The notes beneath the pieces were generated by a model that searched no databases, was not told the origin of the DNA, and worked only from the letters and a program-made list of their open reading frames with translations. The position numbers were made by a program, and so were the translations under genes. Shown here in pieces: positions 12,972 through 29,051 of a stretch of DNA of 64,000 nt; within the stretch, counting starts at the first letter, position 1, and each line of letters starts with the position of its first letter. This DNA is from Octopus vulgaris. Its lineage: Eukaryota. The stretch covers positions 138,012,001 to 138,076,000 of the forward strand of contig OX597817.1 in NCBI GenBank assembly GCA_951406725.2, written 5' to 3'.

Positions 12972-13254
12972 TATGTATACATATAAATAATATATACATA
13001 TATACATACATGCATAAATATATATACATATATGTATATATATATATATGTGTGTGTGTGAATATATATATATATATAGTTATGCATGCATATATATAAT
13101 ATATACATATATAGATACATATATAAATATGTATACATATATGTATATATATATATATTTGTGAATATATATAGATATGTATACATATAAATAATATATA
13201 CATATATACATACATGCATAAATATATATACATATATTTATATATATATGTGTG

Positions 13255-13296
<42 letters not shown>

Positions 13297-13796
13297 TGTG
13301 TGTATATTGTATTTGTACACAGACGCAAGCGTATACACCCATCCATACATACCTAAATCAAATCTATATGATTATCAAGCAAGTGAATTATAATTATTAA
13401 ATTCTCAAGTGGTTTCCATGGTGACCAAAAATTTCATTAATATATTTTGCCACTAAATTTTAAATCATCCTAGTTTATGTTACGGACAATTAGATTCACA
13501 CATTATTATTCGCACACGCACACACATACATCCGTGCATACATAAATATACTAATATATTACAAGCCAAAATATACAAACATGCATAACTCTATACATAC
13601 ATATATATATATGTATACATGCAAACATATATGTGTGTACATATGTGTATGTCTATGTATGTATGTGTACACATATATATTCATATATACGTATATACAT
13701 TCATATATTTCCACACACATATACACACACAAATATATATAGAAATATAGAAATATATAGATATGTATATATCTATATACATATCTGTGTGTATGT

Positions 13797-13897
<101 letters not shown>

Positions 13898-14198
13898 AGA
13901 GCCAACATAATTACGTCCATATTCATATTTGTATTCGCAGAACTTCATGGAATCTACGTTTATGGTTCTTCTGAATGATTGGAATTTTAGACGATGTTGC
14001 TTGTATTTAAGTATGTGTGTATGAATGCATGTATATGTACGTGTGCAAGCATGCATGCATGTTTATATGTATTTGCGTATGTGTGTGCATGTATGTATGT
14101 GTGCGTACATGTATGTATATATTTAGATGTATTTAGAAATATATAATATATATATATGTATATATGTATGTATGCACCTATGTATGAATGTATGTATG

Positions 14199-14333
<135 letters not shown>

Positions 14334-14341
14334 GTACATAT

Positions 14342-15300
14342 GTGACTCATACAGTGGATGACATACATATACTTATGAGTCGTATTTCTGCTTCTTGCAA
14401 GGCATTTGGACTCAGCATTAGCCTGGACAAGACTGTTGTAATGTTCCATCCTGCACCAGGAAACACATACGTGGAACCAGCTATTTTGGTTGAAAGAACA
14501 ATTGTGAAAGTGGTAGACAAGTTTGTCTACATGGGCAGCGCACTCAGCCATTCTTGCTCCTTGGATGATGAAATACCTTTCAAGCTGCAGAGAGCAACTG
14601 ATTCCTTCCAGTCTCTTCAGTCTCGTCTCTGGTCCCAGCATGGCATCACAAAGCATACAAACATTGCTGTGTACCTTGCATGTGTACTGACATCGCTCCT
14701 TCACTCATGTGAGACATGGACCCTATATAAACGTCATGTAAGAGACCTTGAACGCTTTCGTCAGAGATGTCTGAGACACATTCTAAATGCTGGCTGGACC
14801 TTAAAAACTCCAGACACACAGGTCTTGTAGACAGCTGATACCTTAATTATTGAGGCGATGGTGCACAAGCACCGGTTACATTGGACTAGACACGTTATTA
14901 GAATGAAGGATAGCGGGATCCCTAAGCAAATGCTGTATGGAGAACTTATGAATGGAAACAGACCCCAGCAGAAACCAAGGCTGCGATTTAAGGTGTCAGT
15001 TCCTCATTAAAGGCCTATGATATGCAGGAGACTGACTAGGATAACAATGCCTGTCATCGTCACAGATGGAAGAACCAGGTTAAGGAAGGGTCGACATTTT
15101 TAAGAGAGCACGTATTCAGCATGAAGAACTTAAGCGTGCTGCTCGAAAGCGCACTGCTGGTGTAGTGAATGAGGAAAGCTTGGTCTGCAATGTTTGTAGT
15201 CGTGTGTGTCAAGCTCATTAGCCATCAATGGAGCTGCAAGTGCAAAATATATGTTTGTCCTAGAGCGCACAATGTCCCTAGAGGTCAGCGACACGGAGTT
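14342..15300 (+). mobile_element. RTE-clade LINE, 5'-truncated
   Basis: FGLSISLDKTVVM, VDKFVYMGS, LLHSCETWT, FRQRCLRHIL, then RLHWTRHVIRM..IPKQMLYGEL and a terminal CNVC motif; stops and frameshifts present. Confidence 0.9.
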
Positions 15301-15724
15301 GTTGCTTCTTGAAATTTCATTCAAGCTAATAGATCCAATATATTATATCTTTTTTTTTTGTCTTATAAAAACGTATTTAAGGTTGGGGTCACTATATTTG
15401 ATTTATTGAAATTTAAAGATATTTTAAAGATGTCTGTTGTATGATGGTTACCGCCGCCAAAAGTGTAGTGAGCACTTCTTGCCTTTCCCAGACTGCCATC
15501 TTGTAACGTAGGTAAATGTTCCCAAAATGGACCAAAATGTGTACTGACTCCTTCATTGGTTCTGAGTATTAATAATGGCTTGAACGATTCTCGGTGGTTG
15601 ACAAAAGGTAAACCTTACAGTCTTCAGTTCAGTCCTTAGTATCGCATAATCTGTTATCTGCTTCTTCGGGACAATGTAGTGGACAGGCAAGTTGTCTGCC
15701 CGTGGAACATTGTACAGTAACTCC

Positions 15725-16035
15725 ATTAGCGCAAGCATGGCTGTGTAGTTCAGGATCTCACCTTGCAACCACGCGATTTCGGGTTCAATGTCACTGCGCA
15801 TCACATTGAGCAAGTGTCCTATGCCATAGCCCCGCATCTTGCAAGTGAATTTGTATCTTGGTGATTGAGTTTGTCCCCCACGAACCGCTTGATAACCGGT
15901 GTTGGTCTGCTTCTGTTCCCGTAGCTTAGTGTTTCGGCAAATAACTACTAGGATTTTGTCCGTCTTAACCCTTCAAGGCGGCGCTCTAGCGTGGACGCGG
16001 TCCAATCGTTGAAAGATGCAAAGGATAAAAGATTG
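15725..16035 (+). mobile_element. Diverged SINE family C copy
   Basis: tggctgtgtagtt..gggttcaatgtcactgcg..ttgagcaagtgtc..cttagtgtttcggcaa. Confidence 0.65.
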
Positions 16036-16392
16036 GTCTTTTTCCCACGACCAATGAACGGGTGACACCAAAATACGTCGTGTGCTTGTCTATTTGGTGT
16101 ATATACGTATGTATGTGCGTGTGTGTGTGTGTGTTTATGTGTATGCGTGGTTGAGTTCGAGTTTAATTCCTTTCGCCTTAGTTTGCTTGGCTTCAAACAG
16201 TGATTTATAAAGTGACTGAGATGATCATTGGCGCGATCTCTGCAGGGCTATGCTTCCATCAGTACGTGTGTGTGTATGAGTGTGTGTGTGTGTGTGAGTG
16301 TGTATGTATGTATGCATGAATGTATGTATGTGTGTATATGCTCATATATTATATAAATATATTATACATATACATATATATGTAATATAAAT

Positions 16393-16468
<76 letters not shown>

Positions 16469-16570
16469 TATACACATACATATATACAAATATTTATATA
16501 CATATATATGTGTGTGTGTGTGTGTTTGTGTGTATACCTATATATATGTATGTATGTATGTGTGTGTGTG

Positions 16571-16634
<64 letters not shown>

Positions 16635-17379
16635 CTGAAAATGATAATAATTATAATAATTATATATATATAATTTATCATTATATAAAGATCTCCATAG
16701 CCATATAGATGTAACACCAGGAAGCGATATCTATATTTATACAGTTCTCTAACTACAGAGACTTCTTTATCACTACATCAATCATCCTCTCTCTCTCTCT
16801 CTCTCTCTCTGTTTATATATGTATGTATAAATATATATGTGTGGGGGGGGGCGTTTGTGTGGGTGTGTGCCGTATTATTATACGTGTGTATGTATGTCTA
16901 TATACATGTTTGCATGCCTGTATGTATGCATGTATGGCACTGTAGCCCTTCTCACTCCAGTGACAGAGACATATTATTATATTGATCCATAGAAATAGCT
17001 CGAAAGATTATCGCAACAAATAATCCCAGACTCTATGATTCCATCTTACAGTTTTGGTTTCTCTGTGACTCATTCTTTCATTTATCTCCTTCACACACGA
17101 ACTGACAATTCCACACACCATCCATTCCTCGATATTTCCAAACTCAAAGACCCGGAACATTTTTAAAGAAGAAACCGTTTTATTTTTTTCAAAAGTCTTT
17201 TACACCAAAACAATTAAAACTAATCTCGGTTCCTTCGCCAAACTGACTCCACATCTTCTCCAGAAAATAAAAAGACTGGAAGCCATGTCTTATGACAGGG
17301 AATCAACATCGATCAATATCCTGCCGTAGGTTTTTATATGATACTTCCATGAATCTGGTTCATTAGGTGACCCCTCAAA

Positions 17380-17596
17380 CACCACCACCACCACCACCAC
17401 CACCACCACCGCTGCCGCCGCCGCCGCCGCCGCCACCACTCGTAAACTGCATTAAACTAGCAGCCATTTATAAAGCAGGAAGGACTATTATGAAACCGTC
17501 TTTGCTTGTGACAGGTGTTGGAGGGGAAAGGGGGCGGTATTCAGGACACTTTTTAAGTTTGTTTGACGGTTTTTTTTGTACGAGCGATTGTTGTTG

Positions 17597-17628
<32 letters not shown>

Positions 17629-17968
17629 GGTGGTGGTGGTGGTGGTGGTACTGGACATGATATTGGTGGTCTTGATGATCGTGATGTTGGTGATGATGGA
17701 GACGGCAATAATGGTACTACTGATGTTGATGGTGGTGGTTGTGGTGGTGCTGGTGGTGCCGGTGGTGCTGGTAGTGGTGGTGGTGCTGGTGCTGGTGCAG
17801 GTGCTGGTGGTGCTGGTGGTGGAAGTACATGTGACGTGGGAGACGTTATTGATAGTAATGGTAGTGTTCGTGTCAGACGTGACTGTGGACGTGTTGGTGG
17901 TGGTAGTGGTGGTGGTGGTGGTGGCGGCGGTGGTGGTGGAGCTGCTGCTGCTGTATTTGTGGTTGTTC

Positions 17969-18040
<72 letters not shown>
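17380..18040. repeat. Mosaic trinucleotide repeats (CCA/CCG, TTG, GGT, GCT, AGT)
   Basis: Direct reading; similar mosaics at 19605-20000, 25305-25475 and 33100-33215. Confidence 0.95.
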
Positions 18041-18041
<1 letters not shown>

Positions 18042-18688
18042 AACGGTAGAACAGCATTTAAAGCAAAATCCAGTGCAACGAGACAGGCGACGACAAATGG
18101 TTGCTTAGCAACATTGGTAGCAACAGTGTGTGCTGAAGCAGAAGTAATCAGCCTCGTTGTGAATATGTCCGAAATCAAAATTTTAATAAATATACGTTTT
18201 AGACGCTTTGTAAAAGTAGGCCCCATCATTACACACCCAGGATCTCAGCAACCAGGGAGGAGCAAACACTAGTCGACTTTTTGATTTGTTTTAGATTTCG
18301 TTAAAGCAATCGTCAGGATTCTAATATTTTCCTTTTGGCGACAGTAAAAACCTCGTGAGAGACTGGTTCTACTTTAATAATGCTAACATATTTATGAAGT
18401 AATTTTCACCTCGTTCTTCCAACAGCCAAGGAAAATAAATTTAATCCTATAAACAGCTTTCACAAAAGCTCGTAAGTAATCAGTTAGTAAGCCTGCTCTT
18501 TCCCTTGTCTGCTGGAGTCCATTTTCACACCGAGGCTAGCTGTAGGAGTACTGGATGTAGAAGTAGAGCCCGATTTACACATTTCTTCTTAAACACGTAA
18601 TGTTGGTGGTACGCAAACGCACACATACGCACACACACATGTATACATAGTATACATATGTATGTGTGTATGTATACATGTATACATG

Positions 18689-18719
<31 letters not shown>

Positions 18720-20323
18720 TCAAACACACACACAGATAGACATGTATATATATACATATACACAATATATGTAGATAAACAAATTTATACAGGTATATAT
18801 ATTTATACATACATTCATACACATACATACATACATACATACATATAATATATATATAATATATCATATATGTAGATATACACGTATCATGGTAAGCTTA
18901 TGAATATTTCTGATTTCTAAATGTCTTATGACGAGTGTTAATGTGTACGTAACATATTCAATGTACATAATAGCTATATGTGAATATATACATACATAAA
19001 TGCATAGAAATATATTCTCACACGCACACATTCTATGTGGTTTATCGAATGTGTGTTCGAGTATGTTTTGCTGTGTTTATTCAACTGTTTGTGTGTATGC
19101 GTGTGTGAGTGTGTGTATGTGTGTATGTGTGTACGTGTTGTATTTATATCATTATGTGTATTCGTATGTTTAAGTGTGTTTATGTTGTAGAGTAATGGTT
19201 GTGTGTAAATCGAGTGTATTTTCGGGTTTATGTATTAGCTGTGAATGGTTTATGTGTGGTTTGTGTTGTGTTGTGTGTATGTGTTGTTGAACAGTAGATG
19301 TGTGTGTGTGTGTATGTATAGAGAGTGAAAACAACGCTAATCGCTGCAGAAGAAAGTTGACCTTTAAAGGAATTAGATCCCCTTTTATTGAGGTTTGTTG
19401 TTGAGTGGAGCCAGGGGAAATAGGAACACATCAAACACAGGGAGAGAAATATAGAAAGGAAGAAAGGTTGCGGGCCGGAAGGAAAACAAGAAAAGAGGAA
19501 ACGGCGAGGAAATGTGAAGTGGTGACCTCTGGCTGAGAAATTGTGTTGGAGTAAAGAATAAAACCAAAACATTGGGCTTAGATTCTCATCTTCTTTCACA
19601 ATCCCCACCATCATCACTACCACCACCACCACCACCAACAGTAACAACAACAACATTAGCATCATCATCACCATTGCCATCTAACATCACCAGAACCAAC
19701 ACTAACTCTATCGCCAACATCATTCCACCGTCATCATCGCCATCATCATCATAGCCATCATTAGTATGATCATCATTATCTCCTTCATCATAACCATCAT
19801 CATCATCGTCACCACCATTTTCCAAAATCATAACTATCATCATCATCATCATCATCGTCGTCGTCGTCGTCGTCATCATCATCATCATCCTCATCATCAT
19901 CATCATCATCGTCGTCGTCGTCGTCATCATCATCATCATCGTCGTCGTCGTCGTCGTCGTCATCATCATCATGATCAACATCATCATCATCATCATCATC
20001 AGCTTCCCGTCAGCATGCTTGGCTCATCCTCCCTCTTTCTAAGCGGGGCCAAATGGAGCGACTAATACTAAAGCAGCAAGCGACATCATTACAAAACAAA
20101 TCGTGGCCCCCAAGGCATTTCGTAGTTTATTTTGGATTTAAAACATTCAAGTTTAATAAATTAACTTAAATACTTAGAATAATTTAAATACGCTAACTGC
20201 TTTCATTTAATTATTAATTAATACATTTTCAATATTCCACCACAGTTCAACGTATTCTAGTTTTCTACACATTCGTCTTGCTTCTTGCAATCTACGATGC
20301 AGTACTGCACTTCCACGCACCAT

Positions 20324-20426
<103 letters not shown>

Positions 20427-20429
20427 CAT

Positions 20430-20463
<34 letters not shown>

Positions 20464-20617
20464 TTATATACATAAATATATACGTGTGTGTGTGTGTCAA
20501 AGAGAGTAGACTCGAAACGTCAAAGACTTTTGCATTCTTTCTGAGCGTCAAACACACCTGCTTGTTGTTTCCTCGCCTGTCTTCGTCTGTTTAGTTTTTA
20601 TTTTTTTGTAAATTTGA

Positions 20618-20672
<55 letters not shown>

Positions 20673-23600
20673 GTGTGGGTGGGTACACATTTCTTTATTG
20701 CGTGTATAAACTTAATTACGTGGTTCTGTTGTCTTTTAGTCTCAGAACAGCCCTGGGGACAAACAGGTGTGTTTGACGCTCAGGAAGAATGTAAAAGTCT
20801 GTGACCAGCCAGCTGTTTTCTTATGACTAGGCATACTATGACCGCATTGTCTAAGGGGTCTTTTTTTACAATCGCGATTCGAGGGAGATTTCACTGCTCT
20901 TTTGTTTGTTCTACACTGTTCAACCGCATCACTCAAACGTATCCGAGGTTATCCTCTCCAAACATCTTCGCTTTCGACATTTACGCACAGTTGAAGACTT
21001 GAGATAACTCAGAGATTCTGTGGCTGTCAGGTATATTACATTTATTGAAGAAGGAATTTAGTACAAACACGAACTGGAGGATTTATGGTTAACTAAAATA
21101 TCAGGGCCTAAAAGAGTTCAAGCCTGGTCAAAGAAGAATTGATCTTGAAAAAGTGATACAAATGTTTAAAACAAGAAATAAACTTGGAAGGGATTGCATT
21201 CATACCTTTTACCAAGACCATTATTAAAATAATTGAAGGTTTTTGCGTAGAATAGGAATCAAGAGTACGAAACGTTTATTCTCCTACTGTATAATATCGA
21301 ATTATCTGAAAAGAACAAAGCCGGATGTCTCACAAGTAACAAAAGTCGAACAACGCAATAACACTTAAATGGAAACGAAGTGAAGCCTCGAACCTTTACC
21401 TGAAGCAGTAATACTTTCTCACAGGAAAAACATTTCAAGATTATTGAATTATTGGACAACCAACTAAAGAGTCATTAAGGATTTACAGCTCATTAAGGTT
21501 AATTTAGGCATTTTACTGCAAGTAGATATTCCAAGATTGAATATCTCACAGCTTTAAGAAGATGCAACATTCAGGTAAGGAATTTGATTTTTTTGTGATA
21601 GATTGGTTGCACGTTATATTCCTTACAAATTCCAGCCATGGACTATATTCTTAACAATGGAACCAACCATGCTGTAAAATGCAAGCAGCTACAAACTAAA
21701 ACAACATAAAAACGGACATGATACGGTTGACTGATCAGCAAAGACAACCAGGACTGGAAACCTCTTTATTTGTAACTCCATCGGAGCTTGTCTCACTTTC
21801 TGCTGTCTTTGTTTGATTTGTAAAACTTGTTGGTTTCTATTTTATAAATGGTTCCACGTTTACTGAGGATTTCTCTACAATCAATGTTATTTTCAAACTT
21901 GATACCATTATGAGACAAGTTTGTTTGTCACAGTTGAGAATCGAAGAGAAATCACAAACTTTCTCGCGCGGAACTGGTCATCATTGCCCAGTTTTCACCA
22001 ATAGTAGTCGGTAACATCTATTGCTTGATATATATAGGGGGGGGGCAGAGAGAGAGAGAGCGAGAGGGCGTGTATGTGTGTGTGTGTGTACAAATGCATG
22101 TACATATCGAAAAGTCAAAGGTAGATATATCGAATTTACACCAGAAATATTGAATGGTGTCTAAATAAAAATCGATGTCAGACTCGCAGCCTAATATATA
22201 ACAATGTAATGAATATTCTATTAGAACGATATGCCATTACACACACACACACACACACACTTCAATTCCAGGTAACTCATATTACCTCAGTTATTGATTA
22301 GTCTGCCTAAATTCTCTTCGCTTTGTCATGGCCTCATATCTGTCAACTGTACTTTTTTTTCCAATAACGAATTCGGCTAACCTGTCCATGATTAATTGTT
22401 GTTCACTTAAAAGACCAATAAACCTAATTCCAGCAGCCAATATTTGTAGGAAATATATAAGAACGGCTATGAGAAATATCATATTATGATATTGATGTAC
22501 CAGCTCTATTGGTATTAAGTCCTACGCATTTTAATATGTAACATCTCTTATTGACAATACTAAGTGGTTAACATATTGGTTTACTTCTGTATGGATCTCG
22601 AAATCAAATACGCTGGTAATGTCTATTTCTCTGTCGACATAAAGTGTTTACGTAATGTTTTGACACTACAAAGGGGGTGAAAATATTGGTCTACATACAT
22701 ATGGATCCCGAGATCAAATATGCTGGCAATGTGTATTTATTTGTCTACAAAAAGCGATTAGTACATAAAATGTTTAGTCGAGGATAGATTCCAGATTATT
22801 TTGATTCAGTTAGAAATTAGCTAAATTAATGCCATCTCGTTAAACCTCACACCGGATCTATTTAGTTCTACAAGGAACAAAATTCCAGCAATTGTTCTTC
22901 TAATATCCTGAGTAAAATGTTGCTTCGTTCTTTAGAAATGTCTTTTCATCTTCCATTTCTGCTTTTAATTCCTAATCTGACAATCAGACAGGTAGACAGA
23001 CATGTGTACTGATTATCAAAGAGACAATTAGAAAGTGGTATAAATAATCAGATACGAAAGAAAGTGTTTCATAAATAGGTTTCTATGTAAACAAATTAAT
23101 CAACAAACAACAAAATCTTACTTTGACAGACAAAATTAAAAAACAACTGGGGTGATAAATGGTGAGTAAAGATCTAGAGGAATAATAACGAAATCGAAAA
23201 TTAAATAATAAATTTAATAGACACTGAAGTTGATTACCCAGAGACGCCATCAGTAAGCACATCAACAGTTAAGCTGTGATGAACACATTTAATAGAGTGC
23301 ATCAAAAATCTAGTTAGAATTACTGAGATGAGAAGAGAAGACGTTATTCAATCATTAATCACGCCTACTCAGTAAACATTACTCCTTACGGATTCCATTA
23401 TTTACCACACGGTAATTGCTTCTTTCGATGAGGATTCATAAGACTAAAGAATGTCTGAGGTTACTTGTTGAAATGATAAAAAGAATATTCATTTATCACT
23501 TCTCAGATATCCTGTTAAACAGGTGACCCACTCCAAAAACCACTTCAGAAATTCATCCGAGATTACCTTCTGATTCCTGTTAATTTTTTTAAAGACAGTG

Positions 23601-24572
23601 ACTTACACTTGTTGAAATATTAAGCAGATCGGTGTCACCAGTCGAAGAAAGACTCCATACGTCTCACCAACTGAGGAGAGACTACGTATCGAACTCGCGA
23701 ATACAGGAGACACTACACAGGTCTCCCTCTTTTCTTTCGCTAATTAATTATAACAGATACAGGAAATGTTAAACTGAAGACAAGAGAAACTTCATTTTAG
23801 CAATGGCTTGTGTCGAAAGTAAACAGAGAGGGTGAAGCGAGGGGGGGACAAAGAAGCGATGGGGAGAGAGAGGAGGTAGGGAAAATAGACGGTGGAAGAG
23901 AGAGCAGGGTACGGAGAAAAGTGAAAGAGAGATGAAAGAGTGAAATAGCTAGGAGACAGGGAGTCCAAAGAATTGTGAGAGGGTTAGGGAGAGAACGGGA
24001 GTGAAATAGAAAGGCTTGACGGGAAGGCTTATATAAAAGATCAACAAAATACAGAGATAATCCAAGAGAAAGACAAAGCCGGAGGTAGTCAGACAGGAAA
24101 TCCAACCGAATCTGACAAATACATTGTATAGCCCCGTGCCATCGCCTCTTGTTTAATGGCCTCATCTTCTGACGTTTTGACCTGCATTGGTCAGATGTCA
24201 CTGCATTCCAAAGACATCTGAGGGCAGGGAAGTTTCCATTGTAACGTTTGCAACATAGAAATCCACGACTGTATTTACAAAGTCTTTCGATTAGATTTGG
24301 AGGGAAATCGTTTCGACTGGGAAAAGGGATGACTTACCTGCGGCTTTATGAGGTCAATGGCCGTTTTAGAGGGAAGCAGACATGTTGAATCACAAAGCGG
24401 AATGTCGTAAGAGACAGCTTCACCAGTACACACGCACACACACATACGTACGCACACACACACGTACACACACACACACGCAGGCACACGCACACACGCA
24501 TGTATTATACATATATGTGTGTGTGTATATATATATATAAATACACACACGCACACACAAATATATATATAC

Positions 24573-24607
<35 letters not shown>

Positions 24608-24899
24608 TATAAATATATACATAAACATAAATATAAGCATATAAAGATATATATGTAACGATATATAGATCCATATGTGTACATGTATACATATTTGTAC
24701 ATACATGCATATGTATATGTGTATATATGTGTGTGTCTGTGTGCCTATTGTGTATGTATACACATGAATAAATATATATATATGTATATGTACATATATA
24801 TGTATGTATATACATATACACACACACAAGTCCATGTATACACATAAATAAGCATATGTATAAATACATTATATATATACATATCTATATATGTATATA

Positions 24900-24951
<52 letters not shown>

Positions 24952-25316
24952 TTTGTAGGTATGTATATACATATTCACACACATGTACACTGAGGATACC
25001 CAGAACAGCTAACCATGTGACCAAAACACAACACATGACCTGCTAGAAATAACAGACAATCTCTACCAAATGCCATACCCCCACCTCTTAAAAAAAGGAC
25101 ACGATAATCTCCCTGCATTTGGGGGACTGACTGGAGAGTCACGGCTGAAATACTTTTGGTGACTGGTCTACATGATTAAGCTTGCAAACAAAACAACCTG
25201 TAAAAAAAAAATCAACAAACAAGACCACCACCAACAACAACATCAGAAATGTCACAATAACCTCACCACTAAGATGTCAAGGGTCAACATATTTCTTCAA
25301 ACGTCTACTACTACTG

Positions 25317-25354
<38 letters not shown>

Positions 25355-25376
25355 GCTGCTGCTGCTACTACTACTA

Positions 25377-25411
<35 letters not shown>

Positions 25412-26560
25412 ACTACTACTACTACTACTGCTCCTGGTGCTGCTGCCACTTCCCCTTCTGCAGCCGCTGCTGTTGCAGGGTTCCTTGTAATGAAGTAACC
25501 GGCGGGATGGTCACGGTCAGAAAGTCTTTGTTCATAAATCTGTTCAAACAGGGCTGACCTGGAACTAGATAACAAATATTACAACCTGCCCCGCTATAGC
25601 TCTACGTCCACCAACACCATTACCACCACCACCATCACCACCATCATCATCCACCATCACCACCAACACATTGCCACCATCACTACCATCGCCCCCCCCC
25701 CCACCACCACCACCACTACTATTACTGCAAGAATTTCTGCTACAGTCAGTCGCAACGAAAGAAGAGCGATGTAGAGAGGCAAGAGGAGGGGAAGGCAGGG
25801 ATGGAGGGCGTCGAGCACCGCCATTGCTGTTCCAATAGATGAAGCGTAAGTAATTGGTGCAACGTTCAACAGTTTATGGCGCGTGACCAGTCTATTAGTC
25901 ACGCTTTACATGGTCTGGGGGGGGGGGTCTGTATGTGTTTGAAGAGGGGTGGAGATGTGGGTATATAAGTGTCTGTCTGCGAATGAGTGTGTGTGTGTGT
26001 GGGTGTGTGTGTGTGTGTTTGTGTTTGTGAGTATGTGTGTATATAGCTATAAGTGTATGTGCGCAAGTGAATAAATAATTTCTTGTGCGTGCATGTGTGA
26101 ATGTGTCTGTGAGTGTATGTGTATGTGTGACTATGTGTGTGCGTTTATACGTGTGTGTGTGTGTGTGTGTGTGTGATTTGTTTTATTTCACGCATGCTCT
26201 GTATGTGTAGTGAAGCATGTCCTGACTTTGCGTTGTTATTTAGCCCCAAGTCAGCCCTGATTAAGCAAACATGAACAAAACGATTCCAGCCGTGACCATC
26301 GCGTGGTGTTTATCTATATGAAAGAAATTCGAGAGTACATTATTCTGTGTGAGTCTTTTTCTAAGGCAATGTGGTAAGATCGGATGGAGATTTGACTGCT
26401 ACTTCTAGCAGGTCAAAGAACATGCTTTTCCCCTCTTCATGTGCATCTGTGTTATCGTTGCCGGAATCTTTCGCGGACCGATCGATGGGTGTGGGTATGG
26501 ATGTACAGTGATGAGTGTGCATTTATGAGTGTATCTATGTGTGTGTGTGTGTGTGTGTAT

Positions 26561-27517
<957 letters not shown>

Positions 27518-27594
27518 TCAATATATATATACGTGTGTGTGTGTGTGTATATATATATACATGAATACATATAAATAAATAGATAGATAGATAT

Positions 27595-27634
<40 letters not shown>

Positions 27635-27740
27635 ATACACTGTCTTTTACTTTACGTATCCTGCCCAAAGAGGGTGGCTATGATGGAGCACTACCATGTA
27701 TATATGCGTGCGTGTGTGTGTGTGTATATATATATATATG

Positions 27741-27785
<45 letters not shown>

Positions 27786-28162
27786 AACTTATAAACAAGG
27801 GCAAAAGAAATTATTCCCTGCCAATATGCTGATAACAGACTTTTAAATCGTCAATTTCCACATATTATACTCACTACAGAAATACGTTGTACTGAAATCG
27901 GGAAGCTAATCAATAGAACTTTTTTAAAAAAAAGTTCGTATATATATATATATGTATATATAAGAGGAATAAAATCTATCAGAAAGGAACTCTATCTCTC
28001 TTAAAAAAATATCTTTTGATAAGCATAACAAATGCGCAACCGGTAAAAAGAACTTTCACCTAATTAAATAACTTAAATTACTTAAATTATTTTGTCAGCA
28101 TTTTCTTCATTTCCTTTTTTATATATCACAACTCGTGTTCCACATCTCCTTTTTTAAATATG

Positions 28163-28240
<78 letters not shown>

Positions 28241-29014
28241 AATAGAAGTTGAAAATGCTCTGAAATCGTTAAAAGATTTTAATATATTTAAATCTCTAAC
28301 CGGTTTCACCGCAATCTTTACACTGATTTTCAGTGAAACCAGTTAAAGCTTTAAATATATTAAGAAAAAATATTTTATCAATTCTCTGTGCATTTTCAAC
28401 TTCTATTTTTCCTATATTTTGTGTGGGATAAAATGAGTTTTTCATTATATATATATATAATATATATGGGAGAGTTTACGGGAAAAAAAACAAAAGACGA
28501 AGACCGGTGGTGTACAAAACAAACAGATGTATTAGTATAAAGCTCAAGAATAGAAAAAGTCTTTTACGTTTCGAGTCTACGCTCTTCTACAGAAAGGGAC
28601 ACAGAAAAAACAAGGAGAGAAAAAAATGTGTGTAGTGGCTAAATAAGATTATATATAGATTTTATCCTTGTATTTCATTTACAAATATATTTAAATATAT
28701 GTGTGTGTATGAATGTATGTATGTAAGTATGTATACATACATACATACATACATACATACATACATACATACATACATACATACACACTTATATATTTAA
28801 ATATATTTCTAAGTAAAATACAAGGGTAAAATCTATATAAAATTTTATTGAATAGTCAGCGTGTAAACCAATTGAGGAAAAAAAATTAATACAAGGTATC
28901 TAATTTTTTCCTTTACATATAAAATACATTATAATAGCGTGTGGTTTTTACGCACAGTAATGGCCCTTGATATTATCATATATCTATCTGTCTATTTATC
29001 TATCTATTTATCTT

Positions 29015-29050
<36 letters not shown>

Positions 29051-29051
<1 letters not shown>

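Noticed and set aside
17563-18108. Gly-rich 181-aa ORF (cuticle- or silk-like)
   Set aside because: Trinucleotide mosaic open in several frames and on both strands, with no ATG start or convincing splice context. An exon cannot be fully excluded without RNA-seq.
19586-20065. His/Arg- or Met/Thr-rich ORFs
   Set aside because: (CAT)n/(CGT)n simple repeat with no coding support.
23660-23710. ctgagga-gagac/tac/gtatc-gaac-tcgcga hammerhead-like string
   Set aside because: GAAA is altered, helix II is mismatched and there is no helix I.
24330-24425. Strong minus-strand splice donor (GCAG/GTAAGT near 24337), a possible exon
   Set aside because: No clear acceptor or recognisable peptide; a single donor match is expected by chance.
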